A DNA stretch of 64,000 nt, from the NCBI GenBank assembly GCA_018608625.1, contig JABAZC010000003.1, forward strand, positions 3,801 to 67,800, given 5' to 3'. Positions within the stretch are counted from its first letter, which is position 1. Each line of letters opens with the position of its first letter. This DNA is from Flavobacteriaceae bacterium (GTDB lineage: Bacteria; Bacteroidota; Bacteroidia; Flavobacteriales; Flavobacteriaceae). The notes under the pieces were generated by a model. The model saw nothing but the letters and a program-made list of their open reading frames with translations, ran no database searches and was not told the DNA's origin. A program made the position numbers and the translations under genes. Shown here one piece after another: positions 20,736 through 29,657 of this stretch.

Positions 20736-22538
20736 ATGAGCAAGCCTACTATTGAAGTCCAACTACAAACCTTACCAAATACTCCAGGTGTTTACCAGTT
20801 TTATGATGCTTTAGGGGTGGTGATTTATGTTGGCAAAGCTAAGAATCTAAAAAATCGGGTTCGCTCATATTTCAACAAAGTTCATGATTATGGAAAAACA
20901 AATGTACTGGTTAAAAAAATTATTGAGATAAAACATATTGTTGTCGAAACAGAGACGGATGCATTGTTGTTAGAGAACAATTTAATTAAAAAGCATCAGC
21001 CGCGCTATAATGTACTTTTAAAAGATGACAAATCGTATCCCTGGATTTGTATTAAAAACGAACGTTTTCCAAGGGTGTTTCAAACGCGCCGAATGGTCAA
21101 AGATGGGTCTGAATATTTTGGCCCTTATACAAGTCTTAAAACGGTCTATACCCTTTTAGACCTCATCAAAGGCCTTTTCCCACTTAGGAACTGTAAGTAC
21201 GATTTGTCTCATGAAAAAATAGCAAGTCATAAATATAAAGTTTGTTTAGAATACCATTTAGGAAATTGCAAAGGCGCCTGTGAAGCTAAAGAACATGAGA
21301 CCTCATACCAACAAAACATAACAACTATTCGCCAAATCCTTAAGGGAAATTTTAAAAACTCTATAGCAGTTTTTAAAACACAAATGAAATCACATTCGGA
21401 AAACTTAGAGTTTGAAGCGGCTCAATCTTTAAAAGAAAAACTACAAATACTTCAAAACTATCAAGCCAAATCAACGATTGTCAATCCTAAGATTAGTAAT
21501 GTAGATGTCTTTACGATAGTTAGCGACGAGAGTTTTGCCTATGTAAATTTTTTACAACTTTCTTATGGCGCTATTATTCGTTCCCACACAATGGAAATGA
21601 AAAAGAAGCTTCAAGAAACTGATCAGGCTTTGTTGGAGCTCGCTATTACAGAAATTCGCCAGCGATTCTCTTTAGAGTCAAAAGAATTATATTTGCCATT
21701 TGAGGTGAATTTAGGACCGGACTTTAAGATTACAATTCCAAAGGTAGGAGATAAGAAACAGCTAATTGACTTGTCAATACGCAATGCGAAATACCATCGA
21801 CTGGATCAATTAAAGCAAACTAAAATCACAGATCCTGAACGACATGAGGGGCGTATTATGGCACAAATGAAGTCTGATTTAAGACTCTCAGAAGCCCCTA
21901 CCCATATTGAGTGTTTTGACAACTCAAACATTCAAGGAACACACCCTGTAGCAGCCTGTGTGGTTTTTAAAAATGGCAAACCTAGCAAAAAGGAGTATAG
22001 ACACTTTAACATCAAAACCGTAGAAGGCCCTGATGATTTCGCCTCAATGACTGAAGTTGTCTATAGAAGATATAAGCGGTTATTAGACGAGGATCAGCCG
22101 TTACCACAGTTAATTATAATTGATGGTGGCAAAGGGCAGTTGTCTGCATCTTTGAAAAGTCTAGATGTCTTAAATCTCCGTGGCAAAATAGCCATTATCG
22201 GAATTGCAAAACGTTTAGAAGAATTATTCTATCCAGATGATCCAATTCCCCTATATTTAGACAAAAAAAGTGAAACACTTAAAATTATTCAACAATTAAG
22301 GAATGAAGCCCATCGATTTGGAATTGAGCATCACCGAAACAAACGAAGTAAAACAGCTTTGAATTCTGAGCTTGAGTCTATTGTTGGTATTGGTGAGAAA
22401 ACAATTTTAGAATTATTAAAAAATTTTAAATCGGCTCAAAGAGTTTCATTTGCGGCCCTTGATGAATTAGAGCAGGTTGTTGGTGTGTCAAAAGCTCTTA
22501 TTGTTTATAATTATTATCAAAATAATCCACGTGCGTAA
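20736..22538 (+). CDS. uvrC: Excinuclease ABC subunit C
   Basis: GIY-YIG N-terminus (PGVYQFYDALGVVIYVGKAKNLKNRVRSYF), UvrBC domain, RNase-H-like endonuclease domain (ECFDNSNIQG) and a C-terminal HhH. Confidence 0.95.
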   Translation: MSKPTIEVQLQTLPNTPGVYQFYDALGVVIYVGKAKNLKNRVRSYFNKVHDYGKTNVLVKKIIEIKHIVVETETDALLLENNLIKKHQPRYNVLLKDDKSYPWICIKNERFPRVFQTRRMVKDGSEYFGPYTSLKTVYTLLDLIKGLFPLRNCKYDLSHEKIASHKYKVCLEYHLGNCKGACEAKEHETSYQQNITTIRQILKGNFKNSIAVFKTQMKSHSENLEFEAAQSLKEKLQILQNYQAKSTIVNPKISNVDVFTIVSDESFAYVNFLQLSYGAIIRSHTMEMKKKLQETDQALLELAITEIRQRFSLESKELYLPFEVNLGPDFKITIPKVGDKKQLIDLSIRNAKYHRLDQLKQTKITDPERHEGRIMAQMKSDLRLSEAPTHIECFDNSNIQGTHPVAACVVFKNGKPSKKEYRHFNIKTVEGPDDFASMTEVVYRRYKRLLDEDQPLPQLIIIDGGKGQLSASLKSLDVLNLRGKIAIIGIAKRLEELFYPDDPIPLYLDKKSETLKIIQQLRNEAHRFGIEHHRNKRSKTALNSELESIVGIGEKTILELLKNFKSAQRVSFAALDELEQVVGVSKALIVYNYYQNNPRA

Positions 22539-24753
22539 ATTAGTAGTATTAATATTAATATTTGTTTTTTCTTGGAGTTATTCGCAAGAAACAGAATTTA
22601 AAAATCCTAGAGTAGGCCTAGTTCTTAGTGGGGGTGGCGCTAAGGGATTGGCCCATGTTGGGGTGTTAAAAACCTTAGACAGTCTTGGGGTGCGTGTCGA
22701 CTATATTGCTGGCACAAGTATGGGAGCGGTTGTAGGCGCGTTGTACGCTTCTGGCTATACAGGTCAACAGCTAGATTCTATAATTAGATCTACTAATTTC
22801 GATCTACTTATAAGTGACAAGGTGCCAAGAAATTCAAAGACATTTTTCGAAAGAAAAAATGCTGAAAAGTATATATTAACACTGCCGTTTAATAAATTTA
22901 AAATTCAATTACCTTCCTCTATATCTAGGGGACAAAATGTTTTTAATCTATTGTCAAAATTAACACTGGATGTTAGTGGCATTGATGATTTTAGTAAGCT
23001 TCCTATTCCTTTTTATTGCATAGCTACAGATATTCAAACCGGCGATGAGGTTGTTCTTGATCACGGAAATTTAGCACAAGCAATCGCTGCGAGTAGCGCC
23101 TTGCCAACCCTGTTCCAGCCAGTTAAATTAAACAATAAGTTATTGATGGATGGAGGGATTGTCAATAACTTTCCTATAGAGGGGCTTTTGTCAAAAAATT
23201 TAGATTTTATAATTGGGGTTGATGTTCAAGACGGTCTTCTTCAAGACGATGATCTTAACACAGTTTCTAATATTATGCTTCAAATTAATAATTTCAGAGC
23301 TGTAAAAGAATTAAAGGAAAAGTCAAAATTATCAAACATATATATTAAACCAGATGTTGCAGATTTTTCAATAATTTCGTTCGGTCAAGGGGCCCCAATC
23401 ATTGAAAAAGGTCAAAAAGAAGCATTAAAGTTTTTAAAGGAGCTACAGTCAATTTCAAAAGTCCAAAACTTTAAAAAAACAACATTAAAGTTTCCAAAAT
23501 ACAATGAAATTAATATTAATAAAATTAAAGTTTTCGGACTCGGGAAATATACATCCTCTTATGTGAAAGGAAAGTTGAGGTTTAGGAATGGAGAAACCAT
23601 AAGCTATAATGATCTAGGGAAAGGTGTTAACAACTTAGTCGCTACAAATAATTTTGATAGTTTTTTGTATAAATTGATTCCAAACGGAGACAGTTATGAT
23701 TTTAATGCCCAGGTTGTTGAAGCTAAAAACACAGCGTTTATAAGATTTGGATTGCATTACGACCAACTCTATAACAGTGCTGCTTTGCTAAACTTAACAA
23801 AAAAACAACTTTTATTAAAAAACGATGTTGTTTCAGTAGACTTTATTTTTGGAGATGCCCCCCGATATAATTTTGATTATTATATAGATAAAGGTTTTTA
23901 CTGGAGTATAGGAATCAATTCTAAATCAAACTTTATTAATTATAAAGCAAATCCCTCTTTATTTAGTGATAATCAACAGTTTTCTTCAACGGATAAGGTT
24001 GATATTTCTATTTCTGACTTTTCTAATCAATTTTTTATTGAAACTTTAATAAAAAAAGACTTATCAATTAAAGTTGGGCTAGAACTCAAAAACCTTACAA
24101 TATCTTCTAAAGATAATTTATTCAATTCGCTATTAAACTCCGATTCTTATGTGTTTGAAGATAGCAATTTTTTCAGCCTGTTTGGAGTGCTAAAGCTAGA
24201 CACTCTTGATGATAAATTTTTTCCAAAAAACGGAATTCTATTTGAAGGGAATACTCAGGTTTTCCTGTCATCTCCAGGTTCAAATACTTACTTTTCTCAG
24301 TTTTCATTTCTAAAGCTAAATATAGCAAAGGCATTTAGCATATTTGATAATGGCTCATTTGTATTAGGAGCTCAGAGCGGAGTTAAAATTGGAAGTACAG
24401 ATGTAAAATCTCTTGATTTTGGTTTAGGAGGCTACGGATATAACAACATAAATAATTACTTTTCATTCTTTGGTTATGACTATTTCTCATTATCGGGTGA
24501 TAGCTTTACTAAAGCTTATGCAACTCTTGATTATGAAATTTTCAAGGATCACCATATCAACGTTGCTGCAAATTTTGCAAATATTGGCGATAATATTTTT
24601 TTAAATAGTGAATGGGTAGAAGTTCTAAATCATAGCGGATACGCAGTTGGATACGGGATTGAGACGATTTTTGGTCCTGTTGAAATAAAATATAACTGGA
24701 GCCCTGACACAAATTACTCGGCATACCTCATAAATGTAGGGTATTGGTTTTAG
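22531..24753 (+). CDS. Patatin-like phospholipase with POTRA and C-terminal Omp85-type beta-barrel (PlpD-like, type Vd architecture)
   Basis: GLVLSGGGAKGLAHVGVL, GTSMGA (GxSxG), DGG. A POTRA-like segment (INKIKVFGLGKYTSSYVKGKL...). The C-terminal barrel ends ..YLINVGYWF. GTG at 22531 gives a clean signal peptide (VRKLVVLILIFVFSWSYSQE) and overlaps the uvrC stop by 8 nt. The ORF-track ATG at 22477 lies inside uvrC. Confidence 0.75.
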   Translation: MRKLVVLILIFVFSWSYSQETEFKNPRVGLVLSGGGAKGLAHVGVLKTLDSLGVRVDYIAGTSMGAVVGALYASGYTGQQLDSIIRSTNFDLLISDKVPRNSKTFFERKNAEKYILTLPFNKFKIQLPSSISRGQNVFNLLSKLTLDVSGIDDFSKLPIPFYCIATDIQTGDEVVLDHGNLAQAIAASSALPTLFQPVKLNNKLLMDGGIVNNFPIEGLLSKNLDFIIGVDVQDGLLQDDDLNTVSNIMLQINNFRAVKELKEKSKLSNIYIKPDVADFSIISFGQGAPIIEKGQKEALKFLKELQSISKVQNFKKTTLKFPKYNEININKIKVFGLGKYTSSYVKGKLRFRNGETISYNDLGKGVNNLVATNNFDSFLYKLIPNGDSYDFNAQVVEAKNTAFIRFGLHYDQLYNSAALLNLTKKQLLLKNDVVSVDFIFGDAPRYNFDYYIDKGFYWSIGINSKSNFINYKANPSLFSDNQQFSSTDKVDISISDFSNQFFIETLIKKDLSIKVGLELKNLTISSKDNLFNSLLNSDSYVFEDSNFFSLFGVLKLDTLDDKFFPKNGILFEGNTQVFLSSPGSNTYFSQFSFLKLNIAKAFSIFDNGSFVLGAQSGVKIGSTDVKSLDFGLGGYGYNNINNYFSFFGYDYFSLSGDSFTKAYATLDYEIFKDHHINVAANFANIGDNIFLNSEWVEVLNHSGYAVGYGIETIFGPVEIKYNWSPDTNYSAYLINVGYWF

Positions 24754-24881
24754 CATGAGTTTAAATAAAGTTGACATTGTATATAATTAATTATACTCTT
24801 ATGTTAAATTCTCTTTACTGTTTGGAATAATAATTGCAAATTTGTAAACAATAGTTTTAAAAGTCACAGCTTTCATTTAAT

Positions 24882-25652
24882 ATGAAGAAATTATATTTAA
24901 TTTTTATAATTAGTTCTCAGCTCTTATTAGCTCAAGAAACCTCTTCGTTTCAGCCTGGTGAATGGTTAAAGTTCGAATTAAACTATAGCGGTTGGTGGAA
25001 AGCAGGAAACGCAACTCTTGAAGTGTTTGATGCTGTTTACAGAACCACCCCTGTATATAAAGTTGTTGCAAAAGGGTGGACAACTGGGCCTTTAAAGTGG
25101 ATTTTTAAAGTTGAAGACCATTATGAAAGCCACATTGATATGAAAACGGGTTTGCCCTATAAATTTGTCCGAAACATTAACGAAGGTGGCTACACTAAAA
25201 ATCGAATTGTAGAGTTTGATCATACACAAAATAAAGCGTTCGTTAATGATATTAAGGAAAAATCAACAGCTTCAATTAAAATTGAAAAAGATATCCAAGA
25301 CCTCCTGTCTGCCTATTATTATCTTAGAAATAATTATCAAACAGATTCACTTAAAAAAGGAGAAATTGTCAACCTTAACGTATTCTTTGACAGTGAAACC
25401 TTCTTGTTTGGATTAAGATATTTAGGTCACGAAACAATTAATACAAGTTTTGGAAGAATTAAGTGTATAAAATTCAGGCCCTCTGTAATGGCAGGCCGGG
25501 TTTTTAAAGAAAAAGAAAGTTTAACGTTATGGGTTACCGCAGACGGAAATAAAGTTCCAATTAAAATTAAAGCAGACCTTGATGTAGGATCGTTGAGAGC
25601 TGATTTGGTAGCATTAAAAGGACTTAGGCATCCATTCGAAATCCAATTTTAA
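24882..25652 (+). CDS. DUF3108-like secreted protein
   Basis: Signal peptide, then ..GEWLKFELNYSGWWKAGNATLEV.., which resembles DUF3108 family members as I recall them. Confidence 0.5.
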   Translation: MKKLYLIFIISSQLLLAQETSSFQPGEWLKFELNYSGWWKAGNATLEVFDAVYRTTPVYKVVAKGWTTGPLKWIFKVEDHYESHIDMKTGLPYKFVRNINEGGYTKNRIVEFDHTQNKAFVNDIKEKSTASIKIEKDIQDLLSAYYYLRNNYQTDSLKKGEIVNLNVFFDSETFLFGLRYLGHETINTSFGRIKCIKFRPSVMAGRVFKEKESLTLWVTADGNKVPIKIKADLDVGSLRADLVALKGLRHPFEIQF

Positions 25653-25657
25653 AATAG

Positions 25658-26593
25658 ATGACAAAAAAACCAACGACAGAGAAATTATTACAGGACCTTG
25701 ACGATAAGTATAAAGCGATTCACCAAAATCGGGACGTACACCTTGAGGGGTTATTACACAGTAACTCGATTACGTATTGGGATTATATCCATACGGATGC
25801 TTTATTAGGATTACAGATTCAACGCACGAATCTTCCTGATGAAATGGTCTTTATTGCTTACCATCAAATTAATGAGTTGATTTTTAAAATGATTCTTTGG
25901 GAGATTAAACAAGTTGCCGAGGCGGAGTCTTTAATTGTAGATGTCTTTCAAGATAAACTCATGCGAATTAGCCGTTATTTTGATATGTTAACGACTTCTT
26001 TTAATGTCATGAGAGAAGGAATGGATGTGGCTCAATACAATAAATTTAGACACACCTTAACGCCTGCAAGCGGATTTCAAAGTGCCCAATATCGTAAAAT
26101 AGAATTTGCATCTACAGAGCTAATTAACTTAATAGATATTCGTTTCCGAGCTAATATTGACAGAAACACTCCCTTCGAACATGCGTTTGAGCATTTATAT
26201 TGGCAAGCTGCTGGGAAGGACTACAAGACTGGGCAAAAATCACCATTGTTATCTAATTTTGAAAATCGTTACAAAGAAGAGTTTATTACATTTATGAAAG
26301 TCTATAACATTAAAAATATATGGACACGATTTAATGAACTATCTCATGAAGATCAACAAGATACTGGCTTAATCACGGCCATGAGACATTATGACTATAC
26401 AGTTAATGTAACTTGGGTGATGGCTCATTATAATGCTGCTAAATATTATATTTTGGGTAAAGATGGCGATGGCGCTGCTACTGGAGGAAGCGATTGGCAA
26501 AAATATATGCATCCAAAATACCAAAAAAGAATATTTTTTCCTGAACTTTGGAGCCAAGATGAAAAAGATAATTGGGGGCATGAAATTGATTAA
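25658..26593 (+). CDS. kynA: Tryptophan 2,3-dioxygenase family protein
   Basis: ..YWDYIHTDALLGLQ...DEMVFIAYHQINELIFKMILWE.. and ..TPASGFQSAQYRKIEF.. match TDO helix/substrate motifs. Confidence 0.7.
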   Translation: MTKKPTTEKLLQDLDDKYKAIHQNRDVHLEGLLHSNSITYWDYIHTDALLGLQIQRTNLPDEMVFIAYHQINELIFKMILWEIKQVAEAESLIVDVFQDKLMRISRYFDMLTTSFNVMREGMDVAQYNKFRHTLTPASGFQSAQYRKIEFASTELINLIDIRFRANIDRNTPFEHAFEHLYWQAAGKDYKTGQKSPLLSNFENRYKEEFITFMKVYNIKNIWTRFNELSHEDQQDTGLITAMRHYDYTVNVTWVMAHYNAAKYYILGKDGDGAATGGSDWQKYMHPKYQKRIFFPELWSQDEKDNWGHEID

Positions 26594-27845
26594 TAAAAAG
26601 TATTTCAATTTATTAAAAACAGTTTCCATCTCGTGGATGGTAATATTCTTTTTTTATAGCCTAGTTGTTAAGGGGTGTTCTATTTATGATTCTGAGGAAG
26701 ATATACCTGTAGTCACAGTCCAAAACGACTATTTTAAATTTGGATACAACCTTAACAACTATATGGTGGTCAACGATACCGTTAGAAGCGGAGATAGTTT
26801 TGGGGTCCTTTTAGAAAGAAATCATTTATTTTATCCTCAGATTCATCACATTGCCGAAAAAACAAAGGTTGTTTTTGATGTTCGCCAACTAAGAATAGGA
26901 AAGCCTTACACTGTTTTGTACTCTAAGGACAACACCAAAACTCCACTTGTATTTATATATGAGCTCAATAAAATAGAATATCTAGTTGTTGAGTTCTGTG
27001 ATTCAATTATCGCGTATAAAGAACGAAAGCCTGTAAAAGTTATAGAAAAAGAAGCGTTTGGTGTGATAGAAAGTTCACTTTCTGAAACCATGGAGGCGCA
27101 AGGACTTCCAACCCAGCTAATTTATGATATGTCTGACGATATTTATGCTTGGACAATTGATTTTTTTAGACTGCAAAAGGGCGATAATTTTAAAGTAATA
27201 TATAAAGAGCGTTTTGTGGATGATAGTATTTATGCAGGCATAGAAACCATTGAGGCTGCCTTTTTCGAGCATAAAGGAGAGTCTTTTTATGCCTTTAATT
27301 ACATAAACAAGGATTCTAAAAACAGTACTGATTATTTTGACGAGAGCACCAAGAGCTTGCGTAAAGCATTCTTAAAAGCACCGGTTCAGTTCAGTCGAAT
27401 TTCTTCCAGGTTCAACTTGAAACGGAGAATCGCCTACTACGGCAATAAGGTACGGCCTCACAAGGGAACAGATTTTGCAGCGGATATAGGGACACCAATT
27501 TTGGCAACTGCAAACGGGACAGTTACGGAGTCGACGCGTAAAGGTGGAAATGGAAAATATGTTAAAATTCGTCACAACGCTACCTACAGCACACAGTATT
27601 TACACATGAGTAAGCGTTTGGTAAAAGTAGGGGATTACGTCAAGCAGGGCGATGTGATTGGAAAGGTAGGTATGACTGGAAACACTGGTGGGCCGCATGT
27701 ATGTTACCGCTTTTGGAAAAACGGAAGGCAAGTAGATCCACTTCGTCAAAAATTACCGGATGCAAAAGCCTTGTCACCAGATTTGAAACCAGACTTTCAA
27801 GCTTTTATAGCTCCCTTAAAACAGCAACTAGACTCAATAAACTAA
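26580..27845 (+). CDS. M23-family peptidoglycan DD-metalloendopeptidase
   Basis: PHKGTDFAADIGTPILA...GNGKYVKIRHN..YSTQYLHMS...GMTGNTGGPHVCYRFW contains the HxxxD / HxH LytM motifs. The start is ambiguous (ATG 26559 or 26580). The ORF-track start at 26433 lies deep inside the TDO gene. Confidence 0.85.
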   Translation: MKLINKKYFNLLKTVSISWMVIFFFYSLVVKGCSIYDSEEDIPVVTVQNDYFKFGYNLNNYMVVNDTVRSGDSFGVLLERNHLFYPQIHHIAEKTKVVFDVRQLRIGKPYTVLYSKDNTKTPLVFIYELNKIEYLVVEFCDSIIAYKERKPVKVIEKEAFGVIESSLSETMEAQGLPTQLIYDMSDDIYAWTIDFFRLQKGDNFKVIYKERFVDDSIYAGIETIEAAFFEHKGESFYAFNYINKDSKNSTDYFDESTKSLRKAFLKAPVQFSRISSRFNLKRRIAYYGNKVRPHKGTDFAADIGTPILATANGTVTESTRKGGNGKYVKIRHNATYSTQYLHMSKRLVKVGDYVKQGDVIGKVGMTGNTGGPHVCYRFWKNGRQVDPLRQKLPDAKALSPDLKPDFQAFIAPLKQQLDSIN

Positions 27846-27864
27846 TTATATTTAAAATTAATCA

Positions 27865-29487
27865 ATGGCATTAAATTCGATCAACCCAACGCAAACTAAA
27901 GCATGGTCAAAACTAGCTGCACACTTTGAGACTATCAAAGAGTCTCAGATGAAAACCTGGTTTAAAGAAAATCCAAACCGTGCAGAAGAATTTACTATAA
28001 AATGGGAGGATTTTTATGTAGACTTTTCTAAAAACAGAATAACCTCTGAAACCTTAGAGCTTTTCAAGGAACTGGCGCAGGAACTAAATCTTCAGGATGC
28101 TATTTCAAAATATTTTGGAGGGGATGTTATTAACCAAACTGAAGGTAGATCGGTCTTACATACGGCTCTACGATCTCCAGCTGACGTTGAAGTTATTTTA
28201 GATGGTGCGAATGTGATGCCTGAAATCTATAAAGTTAAGGCTTTGATTAAAACGTTTTCTGATGCGATTATTAATGGCACAAAAAAAGGATATACAAATA
28301 AACCCTTTACAGATGTTGTGAATATTGGTATTGGAGGCTCTGATTTGGGTCCTGCAATGGTGGTAGACTCGTTATCTTTTTATGGAAATCACTTAAGGCC
28401 TCATTATGTTAGTAATGTTGATGGCGACCATGTCAATGAAATATTAAAATTTCTTGACCCCGAAACTACTCTTTTTGTAATTGTCTCTAAAACATTTACC
28501 ACTCAAGAAACACTGTCTAACGCTACAACTATTAAAAATTGGTTTTTGAAACATGGAACACAATCCGATGTTGCTAAGCATTTTGTAGCGGTGTCAACCA
28601 ATACAGCTAAGGTGGAAGCATTTGGTATAGAAACCTCAAATATATTCCCAATGTGGGACTGGGTAGGTGGTCGTTTTTCTCTTTGGAGTGCTGTAGGCTT
28701 AAGTATTAGTCTTGCGTTGGGGTATGAGAATTTTGACTCACTCCTAAAGGGTGCTCATAAAATGGACACTCATTTTAAAGAGGAGAAATTTGAAACTAAC
28801 ATTCCAGTCGTTTTAGCATTTTTGAGCGTATGGTATAATAACTTTTTTAAGGCTGAAAGTGAAGCGATTATTCCTTACACTCAATATCTAAATCAATTTG
28901 CAACTTACCTCCAGCAAGCTATTATGGAAAGTAATGGGAAAAGTATTGATCGCTCAGGAGATAAAGTTGCATATCAAACAGGAAATTTAATCTGGGGAGA
29001 ACCAGGAACCAACTCTCAACATGCCTTTTTTCAATTGATTCATCAAGGAACAAAATTAATTCCAGCTGACTTCATCGGATTTACCAAGTCTTTACACGGA
29101 AATTTAGATCACCATGATAAGTTAATCTCTAATTTTTTAGCACAAACGGAAGCGCTTTTAAATGGAAAATCAAAAGCGGAGGTTCTTTCGGAAGGGACTA
29201 AAGCAGCTATTGTCCCTTTCAAAGTATTTGAAGGGAATAAACCAACCAACACTATTTTTATTAAGCAGTTAACCCCTGAAAGCTTGGGTAAATTAATTGC
29301 TATGTACGAACATAAGATATTTGTTCAAGGAGTGGTTTGGAATGTGTTCAGCTATGATCAATTTGGAGTAGAATTAGGTAAGCAATTAGCAAGCAAAATT
29401 TTGAACGAATTTGATTCCAATACAATAGTTAATCATGATGCTTCTACATCCAACCTTTTGAGTTATTATAAGAACCACAGGGTTTAA
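27865..29487 (+). CDS. pgi: Glucose-6-phosphate isomerase
   Basis: ..NIGIGGSDLGP.., ..VSKTFTTQET.., ..GGRFSLWSAVGL.., ..ESNGK.. are the canonical PGI signatures. Confidence 0.95.
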   Translation: MALNSINPTQTKAWSKLAAHFETIKESQMKTWFKENPNRAEEFTIKWEDFYVDFSKNRITSETLELFKELAQELNLQDAISKYFGGDVINQTEGRSVLHTALRSPADVEVILDGANVMPEIYKVKALIKTFSDAIINGTKKGYTNKPFTDVVNIGIGGSDLGPAMVVDSLSFYGNHLRPHYVSNVDGDHVNEILKFLDPETTLFVIVSKTFTTQETLSNATTIKNWFLKHGTQSDVAKHFVAVSTNTAKVEAFGIETSNIFPMWDWVGGRFSLWSAVGLSISLALGYENFDSLLKGAHKMDTHFKEEKFETNIPVVLAFLSVWYNNFFKAESEAIIPYTQYLNQFATYLQQAIMESNGKSIDRSGDKVAYQTGNLIWGEPGTNSQHAFFQLIHQGTKLIPADFIGFTKSLHGNLDHHDKLISNFLAQTEALLNGKSKAEVLSEGTKAAIVPFKVFEGNKPTNTIFIKQLTPESLGKLIAMYEHKIFVQGVVWNVFSYDQFGVELGKQLASKILNEFDSNTIVNHDASTSNLLSYYKNHRV

Positions 29488-29609
29488 GCTATTAATACAG
29501 TAATATTCTAACTCTTGTTTGCGTCTATTTTGAGAGTTCCACAAAATCAGACAGTCACTTTTTCACTTAGTTTTTAACATTTAATTAACGATTTGAGATA
29601 AATTATCAG

Positions 29610-29617
29610 TATTTTTG
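29610..29617 (+). promoter_or_regulatory. -7 promoter box TATTTTTG upstream of the first TonB-dependent receptor
   Basis: Exact TAnnTTTG match 40 nt upstream of the ATG at 29658. Confidence 0.45.
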
Positions 29618-29657
29618 CAGCAACTAATAAAACAATTAATTAAATATAATTTAAATT

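Noticed and set aside
25658-26593. Possible functional link between the tryptophan 2,3-dioxygenase (kynurenine pathway) gene and the MbnP-like protein, whose family uses a protein-bound kynurenine
   Set aside because: The genes are more than 30 kb apart on opposite strands in unrelated operons. In the characterised system the kynurenine is generated in situ on the protein by MbnH, not from free kynurenine, so this looks like coincidence.
26369-26629. 86-aa minus-strand ORF and the long 26433 start of the M23 peptidase overlapping the TDO gene
   Set aside because: Both overlap the conserved C-terminus of the TDO-family gene. The peptidase has in-frame ATGs (26559/26580) giving a normal TM/signal start right at the TDO stop.
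29488-29657. Looked for a cobalamin, TPP or other riboswitch upstream of the TBDR genes, thiL and gcvH
   Set aside because: The leaders are only ~40 nt downstream of the promoter boxes and lack conserved riboswitch cores such as a B12 box. gcvH abuts sprA and thiL has a 94-nt AT-rich upstream region, so there is no room for these structures.
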